A stretch of 64,000 nt of DNA from the NCBI GenBank assembly GCA_045543955.1, contig JAZPYB010000025.1:23289-87288 (forward strand), in the 5' to 3' direction. The first letter of the stretch is position 1, and each line of letters opens with the position of its first letter. Source of the DNA: Eubacteriales bacterium (GTDB taxonomy: Bacteria; Bacillota; Clostridia; Oscillospirales; CAG-272). The translations under genes and the position numbers were made by a program. Shown here piece after piece: positions 1 to 9,980 of the stretch. The notes beneath the pieces are model-generated. The model was not told the origin of the DNA, searched no databases, and was given only the letters and a program-made list of their open reading frames with translations.

Positions 1-1
1 T

Positions 2-730
2 TCAGAAAAAGGCTATAAGGCTGAAGCGTCTAGAATAGCAAATGATATAATTAAAACAGATGCGCCAATTTCAGCGCTTAATGAAATACTAGAGGGTGGC
101 TTTGCCTTTGTTCAGGATGAGTCATCGAAAATTGCATCAGAGATTGTAGGCGCACAAGCGGGCGAGATAATTGCTGATGTATGCGCGTGTCCGGGAGGAA
201 AAACCTTTAGTATAGCTCTTGATATGCAAAATAAAGGTGAGCTTTATTCGTTCGATTTGCATCAAAACAAGCTTTCCCTAATTGACAAGGGCGCAAAAAG
301 GCTTGGCATTGAAATAATCAAAACCAAGGCTCAAAATGCAAAGGAATTTGTCCCAGAATACGAGGAAAAATTTGATAGAGTACTTTGTGATGTGCCTTGC
401 TCAGGGCTTGGTGTGATTTTCAAAAAGCCTGACATTAAGTATAAACCTATCGAAAACATAAACGCACTTCCATGCGTTCAGTACGATATTTTGCAAAATG
501 CTGCGAAATATGTCAAAAAGGGCGGAGTTTTGGTTTATTCTACCTGTACCTTAAACAGCGAGGAAAACGAGAAAAACGTCCTAAGGTTTTTAGCTAACAA
601 TCCTTCATATGAGGCGGAGGATTTTCAAATTGGCGAGATAAAATCTAGTAAAGGAGGCTATACATTTTTTCCACATATAAATGGTACAGATGGTTTTTAT
701 GTTGCGAAAATGAGAAGAAAGAATGACTAA
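2..730 (+). CDS. rsmB: 16S rRNA m5C967 methyltransferase RsmB, C-terminal part (5' end lies outside the window)
   Basis: Frame 2 is open from nt 2. It carries the SAM-site motif DVCACPGGKT and the catalytic-Cys motifs CDVPCSGLG and STCT. It sits in the conserved rsmB-rlmN-stp-prkC-rsgA order. Confidence 0.9.
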   Translation, partial: SEKGYKAEASRIANDIIKTDAPISALNEILEGGFAFVQDESSKIASEIVGAQAGEIIADVCACPGGKTFSIALDMQNKGELYSFDLHQNKLSLIDKGAKRLGIEIIKTKAQNAKEFVPEYEEKFDRVLCDVPCSGLGVIFKKPDIKYKPIENINALPCVQYDILQNAAKYVKKGGVLVYSTCTLNSEENEKNVLRFLANNPSYEAEDFQIGEIKSSKGGYTFFPHINGTDGFYVAKMRRKND

Positions 731-1772
731 CTCCTTTGAAAAAATTGATGTTTTATCACTTTTTTATGACCAGCTTGAAAAAGAGATTATAAATATAGGT
801 GAGCCAAAGTTTAGGGCAAAGCAAATTTACTCTTGGATTATGAAGGGCAAATGGGGAAATGAAATGACAAATATTCCTCAAGCCTTGCGCCAAAAGCTAG
901 ACGAGCATTTTGTGTTTACTCTTCCTAAAATCGAGAAAAAGCTAGTTTCTCAAATTGACGGAACAATAAAATACTTGTTCGAGCTTTATGATGGCGAATT
1001 TATTGAGTCTGTTTTTATGAGATATGAGCACGGAAACACCCTCTGTATCTCTTCTCAGGTAGGGTGCAGAATGGGATGCAAATTCTGTGCGTCAACCTTG
1101 CTTGGCAGAGTCAGAAATTTATTGCCATCTGAAATGCTGGGGCAAATAATAGCCGCCGAAAAGGACACAGGCGAGCGAGTATCTAATGTCGTTATGATGG
1201 GCATAGGCGAGCCGCTTGATAACTATGATAACACAATAAGATTTTTGCGTCTTGTCAGTGATGAAAACAATTTGAATATAGGCTTAAGGCATATTTCAAT
1301 TTCCACCTGTGGCTTGGTTGATAGAATAAATGATTTATCAAATGAAGCCTTGCCTGTAACATTATCAATTTCGCTTCACGCCTATGATAATGATACAAGA
1401 GGAAAGATTATGCCGATAAATAACAAGTATCCAATAGAAGAGCTTTTGGGTGCTTGTCAAAGGTATTTTGAAAAAACCTCGCGTAGGATTTCGTTTGAAT
1501 ATACATTGATTGCAAACCAAAACGATACTGAGGACGGCGCTGTTAAATTAGCAAAAATCCTAAAAAAATACATACATTCACCATGTCATGTTAACCTAAT
1601 TCCATTAAATGAGGTTAAGGAAACAGGGCTTGGAACATCCAAAAACGTAAATAACTTCAAAAATAAACTATTGTCTTTAGGGATAAATGCAACAGTCAGA
1701 CGTCGCCTGGGCTCTGATATAAACGCGTCCTGTGGACAACTGAGAAGACAAGCAAAGGAGGCAAGAGAATGA
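723..1772 (+). CDS. rlmN: 23S rRNA/tRNA m2A methyltransferase RlmN (radical SAM)
   Basis: It has the CRMGCKFC radical-SAM cluster motif, GIGEPL and the C-terminal ASCGQL. Its start overlaps the rsmB stop. Confidence 0.93.
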   Translation: MTNSFEKIDVLSLFYDQLEKEIINIGEPKFRAKQIYSWIMKGKWGNEMTNIPQALRQKLDEHFVFTLPKIEKKLVSQIDGTIKYLFELYDGEFIESVFMRYEHGNTLCISSQVGCRMGCKFCASTLLGRVRNLLPSEMLGQIIAAEKDTGERVSNVVMMGIGEPLDNYDNTIRFLRLVSDENNLNIGLRHISISTCGLVDRINDLSNEALPVTLSISLHAYDNDTRGKIMPINNKYPIEELLGACQRYFEKTSRRISFEYTLIANQNDTEDGAVKLAKILKKYIHSPCHVNLIPLNEVKETGLGTSKNVNNFKNKLLSLGINATVRRRLGSDINASCGQLRRQAKEARE

Positions 1773-2545
1773 TTTGTTCTGCTAGTACAAATACGGGCAT
1801 GAGACGTAGCAACAATCAAGATAATTTTATGCTCCGTAAATATACTGAGAAAACAACTCTTTGTGTAGTTTGCGACGGTATGGGAGGCGCAAAGGGCGGC
1901 GAGGAAGCATCGAAAATTGCTGCGGAATCCTTTGTACACACCGTTGATCAATTTATAATCCCTTATCTAAAGAACAGAGACAAGCAGGCTAGCACAAGTG
2001 ATATTAAAAGAGCACTTGCAAAGGGTGTAGCTGTTGCTAATGAAAACGTATATATAGCTGCAAAGCAAAGCAAGGACCATAAGGGTATGGGAACAACACT
2101 TGTTGGCGCTCTTATAATTGATAAAAATGTTTTTGCTATCAATGTAGGAGATAGTCGTCTTTATACGCTTAAACCTAACATGATTAAGCAAATTACAAAG
2201 GACCATTCCTATGTTCAATATTTGATTGATATGGGCGCAATGACACCGGAGGAGGCAGAAAACTCTTCTCAAAAGAATATCATTACTCGTGCTGTTGGAA
2301 CGGACACATATGTTGAGGGTGATATATATACTGCTAAGCTAGAGGAGGGAAGCTTCCTTCTTTTCTGCTCAGACGGACTTACCAATATGGTAGATGATTC
2401 TACGATTTGCGACATCGTTGCAAACGATAGAGACCCTTCTAAGCTCGACCAGGTTGAGCTTGATTTGAAGGTTAGAAAGTTAATAGACACAGCAAACCAA
2501 AACGGCGGATATGACAATATTACTGCTGTTTTAATCCGAATATAA
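1769..2545 (+). CDS. stp: PP2C-family Ser/Thr protein phosphatase
   Basis: It has the motifs RRSNNQDNF, VCDGMGG, SDGL and GGYDNITAVL. Its ATGA start overlaps the rlmN stop. Confidence 0.9.
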   Translation: MICSASTNTGMRRSNNQDNFMLRKYTEKTTLCVVCDGMGGAKGGEEASKIAAESFVHTVDQFIIPYLKNRDKQASTSDIKRALAKGVAVANENVYIAAKQSKDHKGMGTTLVGALIIDKNVFAINVGDSRLYTLKPNMIKQITKDHSYVQYLIDMGAMTPEEAENSSQKNIITRAVGTDTYVEGDIYTAKLEEGSFLLFCSDGLTNMVDDSTICDIVANDRDPSKLDQVELDLKVRKLIDTANQNGGYDNITAVLIRI

Positions 2546-2552
2546 GGAGGAA

Positions 2553-3515
2553 ATGATGATGTCAGTACAAAGCGAAAAGAACGAAAAATACAGAGCATAT
2601 GAAAATAAAATACTTGAAGACCGATACATCATTGAAAAGCTTATCGGTGTTGGTGGTATGTCGGTTGTATTTAGGGCGAGAGATAGATATTTAAACAATA
2701 TGATGGTTGCTATTAAAATCTTGAAGGATGACGTTGCAAATGACGAAACGGTTGTTAAAAGATTTAGTAACGAAGCAAAAATAGCAAGAGAGTTAAAGCA
2801 CAACAACATTGTTTCTGTTCAAGATGTTAAAACACAAGGTAGAGTTAAGTATATGGTAATGGAATACCTATATGGCTTGACACTAAAGGATTATTTGAAC
2901 GCAAAAAACAGACCTCTTAGCTTCGAAGAGGTTGTTGGCTATACTGCTCAAATTTTACGTGCTCTTGGAGAAGCACATAGAAATCACATAATTCATAGAG
3001 ATATTAAGCCTCAAAACATTATGCTTTTGAAGGATGGAAAAATCAAGGTGATGGACTTCGGCGTTGCGAAGCGTCCGGACGTTACAACCTTAACAGCTAC
3101 CGATAAGGCGGTTGGTACTGTATACTATATGAGCCCAGAGCAAGCAGCAGGAAAGAAAAACATAGATACAAGAAGTGACCTGTATTCCCTCGGTGCTATG
3201 ATGTATGAATTGGCAACTGGTCAAACTCCATTTAAGGGCGAGACTCCAATTGCAATACTTGTAAAGCATATGCAAGATGATCCAGTGCCACCAAGACAGC
3301 TAAATTCATCAATTCCTATCGGTCTTGAGCAAATCATTCTTTGTGCAATGAGCAAGGACCCAGCAAACAGATTCCAAACAGCAGAGGAAATGCTTGGTTA
3401 TGTAAAACAGCTTCAAGCAAATAAGAAGATTAAATTTGACGAATTACCATCGAATTCATTTATGAAAAATTTCGTGGGTAGACTAAAAAGAATATTCAAG
3501 AAAAAAGAGAAGTAA
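2553..3515 (+). CDS. Hanks-type Ser/Thr protein kinase, kinase domain only (PrkC position, no TM or PASTA region)
   Basis: It has GVGGMSVV, AIK, HRDIKPQNIM, MDFGVAK and YMSPEQ, with an AAGGAGG RBS upstream. The ORF ends after a basic tail and rsgA starts 6 nt later. Confidence 0.9.
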   Translation: MMMSVQSEKNEKYRAYENKILEDRYIIEKLIGVGGMSVVFRARDRYLNNMMVAIKILKDDVANDETVVKRFSNEAKIARELKHNNIVSVQDVKTQGRVKYMVMEYLYGLTLKDYLNAKNRPLSFEEVVGYTAQILRALGEAHRNHIIHRDIKPQNIMLLKDGKIKVMDFGVAKRPDVTTLTATDKAVGTVYYMSPEQAAGKKNIDTRSDLYSLGAMMYELATGQTPFKGETPIAILVKHMQDDPVPPRQLNSSIPIGLEQIILCAMSKDPANRFQTAEEMLGYVKQLQANKKIKFDELPSNSFMKNFVGRLKRIFKKKEK

Positions 3516-3520
3516 AATAA

Positions 3521-4453
3521 ATGATTTTAGGAACGGTTATAAAAGGAGTTGGCGGACTTTATACGGTAGCGCTTGACTCGGAATATAATGGTCAAAAAAC
3601 AATAAACGTCAGGGGGCGTGGCTCGTTTAGATATGAAAAGACTGTCCTTTTAGTGGGAGACAGAGTAGAAATTGAGTGCGTAGGAGAGGGCGAGTTTTTC
3701 TGCAAGAAAATTCTTGAAAGAAAAAATTCATTAATAAGACCCCCGCTCTCAAACCTTGATTACATCTTTGTGGTTATCTCCTCTAAAAAGCCCGCTCCTT
3801 CACTTTTTATTGTGGATAAAATGATATCAATTGCTGAATACAATAAAATTGAACCTGTCATCGTAATATCAAAATCTGATCTTGATAGCGCATACGCAGA
3901 GGAAATTTATTCAATCTATAAAAAGAGTGGCTTTCACACGTTTTTGACCTCATCCTATGAAAATGAGGGAGTCAAGGATGTTTTAGGATTTCTTTGCAAA
4001 ATTGCCAAGGACGGCGCTCCAATTTGCGCATTTGCTGGTGCATCGGGTGCTGGCAAGAGTACATTAATGAACGCGCTTTTTCCAGAGCTTTCTCTGAAAA
4101 CTGGAGATTTGAGTGAAAAAATAGAGCGTGGCAAAAACACCACTCGCCACACGGAGTTATTTCCACTTTCCTCTCTTTTAGGAGAAGAATATAAAGGCTA
4201 TTTAGCCGATACACCGGGCTTTTCACTTCTTGATTTTGAGAGGTTTGATTTCTTCGCCTTAGAGGACCTTTTTGATACATTTAGGGACTTTAAGGACTCG
4301 GTTGGTAAATGCAAATACACAAAATGCTCACATACAAAAGAGGACGGGTGCGAGATCGTAAGGCTCGTTCAAAACGGAGTAATAGAAAAAACAAGACACG
4401 ATAGCTACAAAGAGCTATACACAACACTGAAAAACAAACCAAAATGGAAATAA
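3521..4453 (+). CDS. rsgA: Ribosome small-subunit-dependent GTPase A
   Basis: It has the circularly permuted GTPase motifs (SKSDL, then GASGAGKSTLMN) and the C-terminal zinc knuckle CKYTKCSHTKEDGC. Confidence 0.92.
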   Translation: MILGTVIKGVGGLYTVALDSEYNGQKTINVRGRGSFRYEKTVLLVGDRVEIECVGEGEFFCKKILERKNSLIRPPLSNLDYIFVVISSKKPAPSLFIVDKMISIAEYNKIEPVIVISKSDLDSAYAEEIYSIYKKSGFHTFLTSSYENEGVKDVLGFLCKIAKDGAPICAFAGASGAGKSTLMNALFPELSLKTGDLSEKIERGKNTTRHTELFPLSSLLGEEYKGYLADTPGFSLLDFERFDFFALEDLFDTFRDFKDSVGKCKYTKCSHTKEDGCEIVRLVQNGVIEKTRHDSYKELYTTLKNKPKWK

Positions 4454-4476
4454 ATCGCACCCTGTGTGCGATTTAC
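4452..4476 (+). terminator. Weak hairpin after rsgA
   Basis: aaatcgcac-cctgt-gtgcgattt forms a 9-bp stem, but only a 3-T tail follows. Confidence 0.4.
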
Positions 4477-4508
4477 CATGTCAAATAGCGCGCGATTAGG
4501 AGAAAATT

Positions 4509-5171
4509 ATGTTCAAGACAGAGCTTCATTGCCATTCAAAAAGCATTAGTGAATGTGCAAGAGTTTCAAACGAAGAAATTATTGCCAAATATACAGATGC
4601 AGGTTACAATGCATTGGTTTTATCAAACCATTTTAATTTAGGAACTCAAAGATTCCATAAATGTGAAAATTATCAGGATTTTGTAACCGTTTATTTAAAG
4701 GGCTATGAGGATTTAAAAAATGATGCAAAGGGAAAATTAACTGTGCTCTTGGGCATGGAATTAAGATTTTGTGAGAACGTGAATGACTATCTGGTTTTTG
4801 GCATTACTGAGGAGTTTCTAAGAAGTAATGGCGCGCTATATGAGATGAATCCTGATAGCTTTAGTAAGCTGGCAAGGGAAAACGGACTTTTGTTTATTCA
4901 AGCGCATCCATTTAGAAATTCTATGACCATAGTGCGCCCAGACCTTCTAGATGGCGTTGAGGTGTTTAACGGTCATATGGGACACGATTCAAGAAACGAA
5001 ATAGCAAATATGTGGGCAGAAAAATACAATCTGATTAAAACCTCAGGCACAGATTTTCACTACAACCACGTTCCTGCGAATGCAGGCATTTTGACCGACT
5101 TTGAAATTAAAGATATGGCTACACTAGTAGAAACACTAAAAAGTGGCAAATATGAGCTAATAAGAGGCTGA
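4509..5171 (+). CDS. PHP-domain metal-dependent phosphoesterase
   Basis: It has the N-terminal ELHCHS motif, the later QAHPFR and GTDFH His/Asp clusters typical of PHP domains, and an AGGAG RBS. Confidence 0.7.
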   Translation: MFKTELHCHSKSISECARVSNEEIIAKYTDAGYNALVLSNHFNLGTQRFHKCENYQDFVTVYLKGYEDLKNDAKGKLTVLLGMELRFCENVNDYLVFGITEEFLRSNGALYEMNPDSFSKLARENGLLFIQAHPFRNSMTIVRPDLLDGVEVFNGHMGHDSRNEIANMWAEKYNLIKTSGTDFHYNHVPANAGILTDFEIKDMATLVETLKSGKYELIRG

Positions 5172-5195
5172 TTTTAGAGAGATTGAGGAAAAAAT

Positions 5196-6914
5196 ATGTC
5201 TATTGTCTTTGAAACAAAAACAGAGAATAAATTAAGGTATGAAGAAATTAAATGCATAAAGGACGGAGAAGTAAAGGAATATATGATAAGCCTTGGCTTT
5301 TCTGAACTTGCATCTCCTTCCGAATATACAATAGCTTGGCAAATGGACCAAATAGATACAATTGGCTTTTGGTCACCAAGACATCATTTTAATTCAAATA
5401 TAACTCCAGATTGGGAAAAGAGAAGCTCTGTCAGCAAGCTGACACAGGGCGCGCCTGTTGTTGCGCTTTATAGCAAATCTGGTGAAAACCGCCTCACAAT
5501 CTCCCTGTCTGACCCTAAAACTCCGATCAATATAATGGCAGGAGTCGTTGAGGAGAATGGTAAAATTGTTTATGAAATAAAGCTGTTTTGCGAAAAGGTG
5601 TCATTGATGAAAGAATATCAGGTGTTGTTGCGCCTTGACACTCGCAAGCTTCCGTTCTATAAAACAGTAAAGGATGTAAGAAACTGGTGGAGCGAGCTTG
5701 GCTTTAAAAAAGCATACGAGCCAGAGCATGCAAGCGCACCACTTTATTCTGCTTGGTATAGCTTCCATCAAAGAACAATACCAGAAGAAATAATTCAAGA
5801 ATGCAAAATCGCTAAGGAATATGGAATGGACACCGTGATAGTTGACGACGGCTGGCAAACAGATGATAACTCTCGTGGCTATGGCTATTGTGGTGACTGG
5901 GAGGTTTGTGAAAAGAAAATCCCGGATATGAAAAAGTTCGTTGACGAAATTCACAAGCTTGATATGAAGTTTATGCTTTGGTTTTCTGTTCCTTATGTTG
6001 GCTTTTACAGCAAAAACTTCGAGCGCTTTGAGGGCATGTATCTAAGAACAAGAAATCATATAAATGCTAAGGTTTTAGACCCACGCTTCAAAGTGGTAAG
6101 AGAGTTTTTGGTTGAGATTTATGAGAGATTTGTTCTTGATTACGGAATAGATGGTTTGAAGCTTGATTTTATAGATAGCTTTGTTTTAGAGGATGAAAGC
6201 TCGAAGGAATACGATAAAATGGATACCATTTCCGTAGAAGATGCAATAGAAATGCTGCTTTCGGAAATTTCAGCAAGGGTGAAGAAAATCAATCCTGATT
6301 TCTTGATAGAGTTTAGACAGTCCTATATAGGACCGGTTATTAGCCAATACGGAAATATGTTTAGGGTTGCCGACTGCCCAAATGACCCTCTTATGAATCG
6401 CGTTCATTCACTTTCTATGAGAATGACTCAAGAGGGCTGTGTACACAGCGATATGATAATGTGGAGCAAAAATGAAAAGCCGGAAGCACTTATGTGTCAG
6501 CTCCTTTCGACAATGTTTTCAGTTCCTCAAATCTCAATTAAATTTGACAATATAGCAAGTGAGCATAGAAAAATCCTTAAATGGTATCTTTCATTTTGGC
6601 GCTTGCATAAGGACACAATTTTAAGGGGCGAGATGGAATATTTCGATGCCGATGCTAACTTCACAAAAGCGAGAAGCATAAGCAGGGACGAGGTTGTTTC
6701 CGTTTTATATCAGGGCGTTGTTGAAAAGCCAATTGCTTCCAAAACCAATTACATATTTAATTCAACAGGCGAGGGCTATATTTACCTTGAACTAGATAGC
6801 GAGGCTGAGTATCAAATTTTTGATATGTATGGCGAAATTAAGGAAAGTGGCAAGCTTCCTAAGGGAATAACAAAAGCACCTGTTTCTGTAGGTTCAATGA
6901 TAAAAATAAAATAA
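5196..6914 (+). CDS. GH36/melibiase-like glycoside hydrolase (putative alpha-galactosidase), no signal peptide
   Basis: It has VIVDDGWQ...GDW...KFMLWFSVP and GIDGLKLDFID, patterns resembling clan GH-D (beta/alpha)8 enzymes. Confidence 0.55.
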   Translation: MSIVFETKTENKLRYEEIKCIKDGEVKEYMISLGFSELASPSEYTIAWQMDQIDTIGFWSPRHHFNSNITPDWEKRSSVSKLTQGAPVVALYSKSGENRLTISLSDPKTPINIMAGVVEENGKIVYEIKLFCEKVSLMKEYQVLLRLDTRKLPFYKTVKDVRNWWSELGFKKAYEPEHASAPLYSAWYSFHQRTIPEEIIQECKIAKEYGMDTVIVDDGWQTDDNSRGYGYCGDWEVCEKKIPDMKKFVDEIHKLDMKFMLWFSVPYVGFYSKNFERFEGMYLRTRNHINAKVLDPRFKVVREFLVEIYERFVLDYGIDGLKLDFIDSFVLEDESSKEYDKMDTISVEDAIEMLLSEISARVKKINPDFLIEFRQSYIGPVISQYGNMFRVADCPNDPLMNRVHSLSMRMTQEGCVHSDMIMWSKNEKPEALMCQLLSTMFSVPQISIKFDNIASEHRKILKWYLSFWRLHKDTILRGEMEYFDADANFTKARSISRDEVVSVLYQGVVEKPIASKTNYIFNSTGEGYIYLELDSEAEYQIFDMYGEIKESGKLPKGITKAPVSVGSMIKIK

Positions 6915-6940
6915 AAAGAGGGGATTTCCCCTCTTTTTTG
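6915..6940. terminator. Rho-independent terminator, usable from both strands
   Basis: gagggg-attt-cccctc is flanked by an A-run and a T-run directly after the stop codon. Confidence 0.8.
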
Positions 6941-7065
6941 TTGCTATTTTGAGATTTTAAAAATTTTTAATAATAGCGGAACGAAAAGCCTAGGTGATTT
7001 AAAAACAACGATTTTCATTTGTTAATCCTCCGTTTACTACATAATATGAAGGCAAAAGAAAATTG

Positions 7066-8367
7066 TTATCTTATAATTTTATAAATAAGTGGGCTTCTTA
7101 TAGGCTTGTTGTCATTATATGAAATAGCCTCTAAAAATTTTTCTTTTGCAGCTTCGAAAAGCGATTCGCTAGAAGCGTACATAGTAGCTAAGGACTCGCC
7201 CCTTCTTACGTAATCCCCGTAGCTTTTGTTTAAAATTATCCCTGCCAAATGGTCGATCTTGTCTTCCTTTTTTTCTCTGCCAGCACCTAGCATCATAGAG
7301 GCAGTTCCGATTTTTTGAGCATCAAAGCTTGATATATAGCCGTCATTTTCTGCTAAGATTTCTCTTTTGAAATTTGCACTTAAAAGCAGAGAAGAGTCCT
7401 TAATCACGGTCAAATCCCCACCCTGAGCCAAAATCCATTCGCAAAGCTTTTCTAGTGCTTTGCCACTGGAAATTGCATCATTCACCATGCACTTTGCATC
7501 CTCAAGGCTTACATTTTTGGCAGATGATACCATACAAGCGCTAACATTAAGACAAAGCTCCTTTAAGTTGGATTCGCCTCTGTTGCTTAGCACCTCAATA
7601 GCCTCCCAAATTTCAACACTGTTTCCAACGCATCTTCCGAGGGGCACGTTCATGTCCGTAATAAGGGCAGTAACGTTCTTCTCGAATTTTTTGCCAATTT
7701 TTATCATAGCGTTTGCAAGTGATTCGGCACTTTCTGGAGTCTTCATAAATGCGCCAGAGCCAACCTTAACGTCCAAAACTATTGATTTTGCGCCTGATGC
7801 TATCTTCTTTGACATTATGCTGGATGCAATTAAAGGGATTGAGTCAATGGTAGCCGTAACGTCGCGCAATGCATAAAGGCGTTTGTCAGCAGGGGCTAAA
7901 TTGGCACTTTGACCAATAACAGCGATTTTTATTTTGTTGCTTTGATTCAAAAACTCACTCGGCGAAAGCTCGGTTTTAAATCCTGTAATTGACTCTAATT
8001 TATCAATAGTTCCACCGGTAAAGCCTAAGCCTCTGCCCGACATTTTTGCAACGGTGCAACCAAGACTAGCGACAATGGGGGCAACAATTAAAGTTGTTTT
8101 ATCGCCTATTCCACCTGTGCTATGCTTGTCGACTGTATATTCGCCTAGCGCACTGAGGTCCAAAACCTGACCTGAGAGAACCATAGCCTCGGTTAAGGCG
8201 TTGATTTCCTCCTCGTCCATAGAATTTATGCAAATTGCCATTAAAAGAGCAGAAATTTGATAGTCCTTGATTTCGTCCTTCATATAAGAGGAAATGACAA
8301 AATGGATTTCCTCGCTTGTTAACTTTTGCGCATGCCGTTTTTTGTCAATTATATCGTAAATTCTCAT
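7066..8367 (-). CDS. pdp: Pyrimidine-nucleoside (thymidine) phosphorylase
   Basis: It has the KHSTGGIGDKTT motif. Length is 433 aa. It is the last gene of the deo operon. Confidence 0.92.
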   Translation of the reverse strand: MRIYDIIDKKRHAQKLTSEEIHFVISSYMKDEIKDYQISALLMAICINSMDEEEINALTEAMVLSGQVLDLSALGEYTVDKHSTGGIGDKTTLIVAPIVASLGCTVAKMSGRGLGFTGGTIDKLESITGFKTELSPSEFLNQSNKIKIAVIGQSANLAPADKRLYALRDVTATIDSIPLIASSIMSKKIASGAKSIVLDVKVGSGAFMKTPESAESLANAMIKIGKKFEKNVTALITDMNVPLGRCVGNSVEIWEAIEVLSNRGESNLKELCLNVSACMVSSAKNVSLEDAKCMVNDAISSGKALEKLCEWILAQGGDLTVIKDSSLLLSANFKREILAENDGYISSFDAQKIGTASMMLGAGREKKEDKIDHLAGIILNKSYGDYVRRGESLATMYASSESLFEAAKEKFLEAISYNDNKPIRSPLIYKIIR

Positions 8368-8394
8368 AAAAACACCACCCAGTGTCTGTTTTTG

Positions 8395-8808
8395 CTATTT
8401 AATGTTGTCTTTGCCAAACCCACAGGGGAGAAGCTTTGATAAGGAAACGGTCTTCATTTCCTTTCCATTGTATAAAACAATTTTGAAATTATCGTCGCAA
8501 AACTCGTTCATTACTTGTCGACAAGCACCACAAGGGTAAGCAAACTCTTTAATTTCATCCTTGCCGCCGACAATGGCGATAGCCTTGAAATCACGATTTC
8601 CACCCTTGCTTATGGCGTTGAAAAATGCTACTCGTTCAGCGCAAATGGTTTCTGAATATGCACTGTTTTCGATATTCGCACCCTTATATACACTGCCGTC
8701 AGCACAGAGCAGAGCTGCACCGACCTTATATTTCGAGTAAGGCGCATACGCATTCACTCTTGCAAAGGTTGCTTTTTTGATTAATTCTTGATAGTCTTGC
8801 TTGGTCAT
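8395..8808 (-). CDS. cdd: Cytidine deaminase
   Basis: It has the zinc motifs CAERVA and PCGACRQ. Length is 137 aa. Confidence 0.93.
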   Translation of the reverse strand: MTKQDYQELIKKATFARVNAYAPYSKYKVGAALLCADGSVYKGANIENSAYSETICAERVAFFNAISKGGNRDFKAIAIVGGKDEIKEFAYPCGACRQVMNEFCDDNFKIVLYNGKEMKTVSLSKLLPCGFGKDNIK

Positions 8809-8831
8809 AAGTCCCCCCTATGTATTACACG

Positions 8832-9980
8832 CTAGAGGGCGGAAAAGCCCTCTGAGGTGTAGTCTATTTGAAAATAATCTTTGATAATTTTTGAAATATA
8901 GCTATATGTCGGTAATGTACCTAAATTCTTTGACCCGTAGTCGTTTTTTACAATAATAAGAGGCACATATTCTCGTGTATGGTCAGTGCTGACGTCTCCT
9001 GGGTCACATCCGTGATCGGCTGTGATAATTAAAATATCATCGTCCTTTAGCTTGGCAGTAATGCTTGGTAAAAGCTCATCAAATTCGGAAAGCGCCTTGG
9101 CATAACCATCAATATCGTTTCTGTGCCCATAAACCATATCAAAATCAACCAAATTTGTGAAGCAAAGACCACAAAAATCCTTATCCATCAAGCTTAATGT
9201 GGTTTTAATTCCTTCAAGATTTGAGTGGGTTTTGTATTTTTCCGTTATGCCTCTGCCAGCAAAAATATCGCTGATTTTACCAACAGAAATAACGTCGTAG
9301 CCTTGCTCCTTTAAAGCATCAAGCACGGTTTTGCCACTAGGCTCAAGAGAATAGTCGCGTCTGTTTGAGGTTCTTTTAAAGTTAGGGTATTCGCCTACAA
9401 AGGGTCTTGCTATAACTCTTCCGACTCCCCATTTGCCCACGAGCATTTTTCTTGCAATTTCGCAATATCTATATAGCTCGTCAAGAGAAATGTGGTCCTC
9501 GTGTGCTGCAATTTGGAAAACACTGTCGGCAGATGTGTAAACTATCAAAGCTCCGGTTTCAATGTGCTCTTTGCCATAGTCCTTAATTACCTCAGTACCA
9601 GAATAAGGCAGATTGCAAATAACACGTCTTCCGCTTAGACATTCAAACTCATCTATTATCTCTTTGTCAAAGCCCTCTGGGAAGGTTGGCAAAGGATTTT
9701 TGGAGATAACACCCGCAATTTCCCAGTGCCCAACAGTTGTGTCCTTGCCCATAGATAATTCAGCGCATTTTCCATAAATTGCCGTGGGAGTGTCTGATTT
9801 TTCGATGCAGCTTACGCCGTCAATGTTGCCAAGACCGCATTTAATGAGGTTGGGAATTTTCAAAAGAGAGGAGCCTGAAACACTCTTTAGAGTATTAGCC
9901 CCCTCGTCATTGAATAAGTGAGCATCAGGCAGAGCACCAATGCCAAAGCTGTCAAGCACAATTAAAAATATTCTTTTCAT
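8832..9980 (-). CDS. deoB: Phosphopentomutase
   Basis: It shows the alkaline-phosphatase-superfamily pattern (LDSFGIG, TADHGCDP). Length and operon context also fit. Confidence 0.9.
   Translation of the reverse strand: MKRIFLIVLDSFGIGALPDAHLFNDEGANTLKSVSGSSLLKIPNLIKCGLGNIDGVSCIEKSDTPTAIYGKCAELSMGKDTTVGHWEIAGVISKNPLPTFPEGFDKEIIDEFECLSGRRVICNLPYSGTEVIKDYGKEHIETGALIVYTSADSVFQIAAHEDHISLDELYRYCEIARKMLVGKWGVGRVIARPFVGEYPNFKRTSNRRDYSLEPSGKTVLDALKEQGYDVISVGKISDIFAGRGITEKYKTHSNLEGIKTTLSLMDKDFCGLCFTNLVDFDMVYGHRNDIDGYAKALSEFDELLPSITAKLKDDDILIITADHGCDPGDVSTDHTREYVPLIIVKNDYGSKNLGTLPTYSYISKIIKDYFQIDYTSEGFSAL

Noticed and set aside
1586-2809. Four minus-strand ORFs (1586..1951, 1967..2272, 2269..2598, 2531..2809) antisense to rlmN, stp and the kinase gene
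   Set aside because: They lie entirely within well-supported plus-strand genes. They have no RBS and low-complexity, hydrophobic translations typical of antisense frames in AT-rich DNA.
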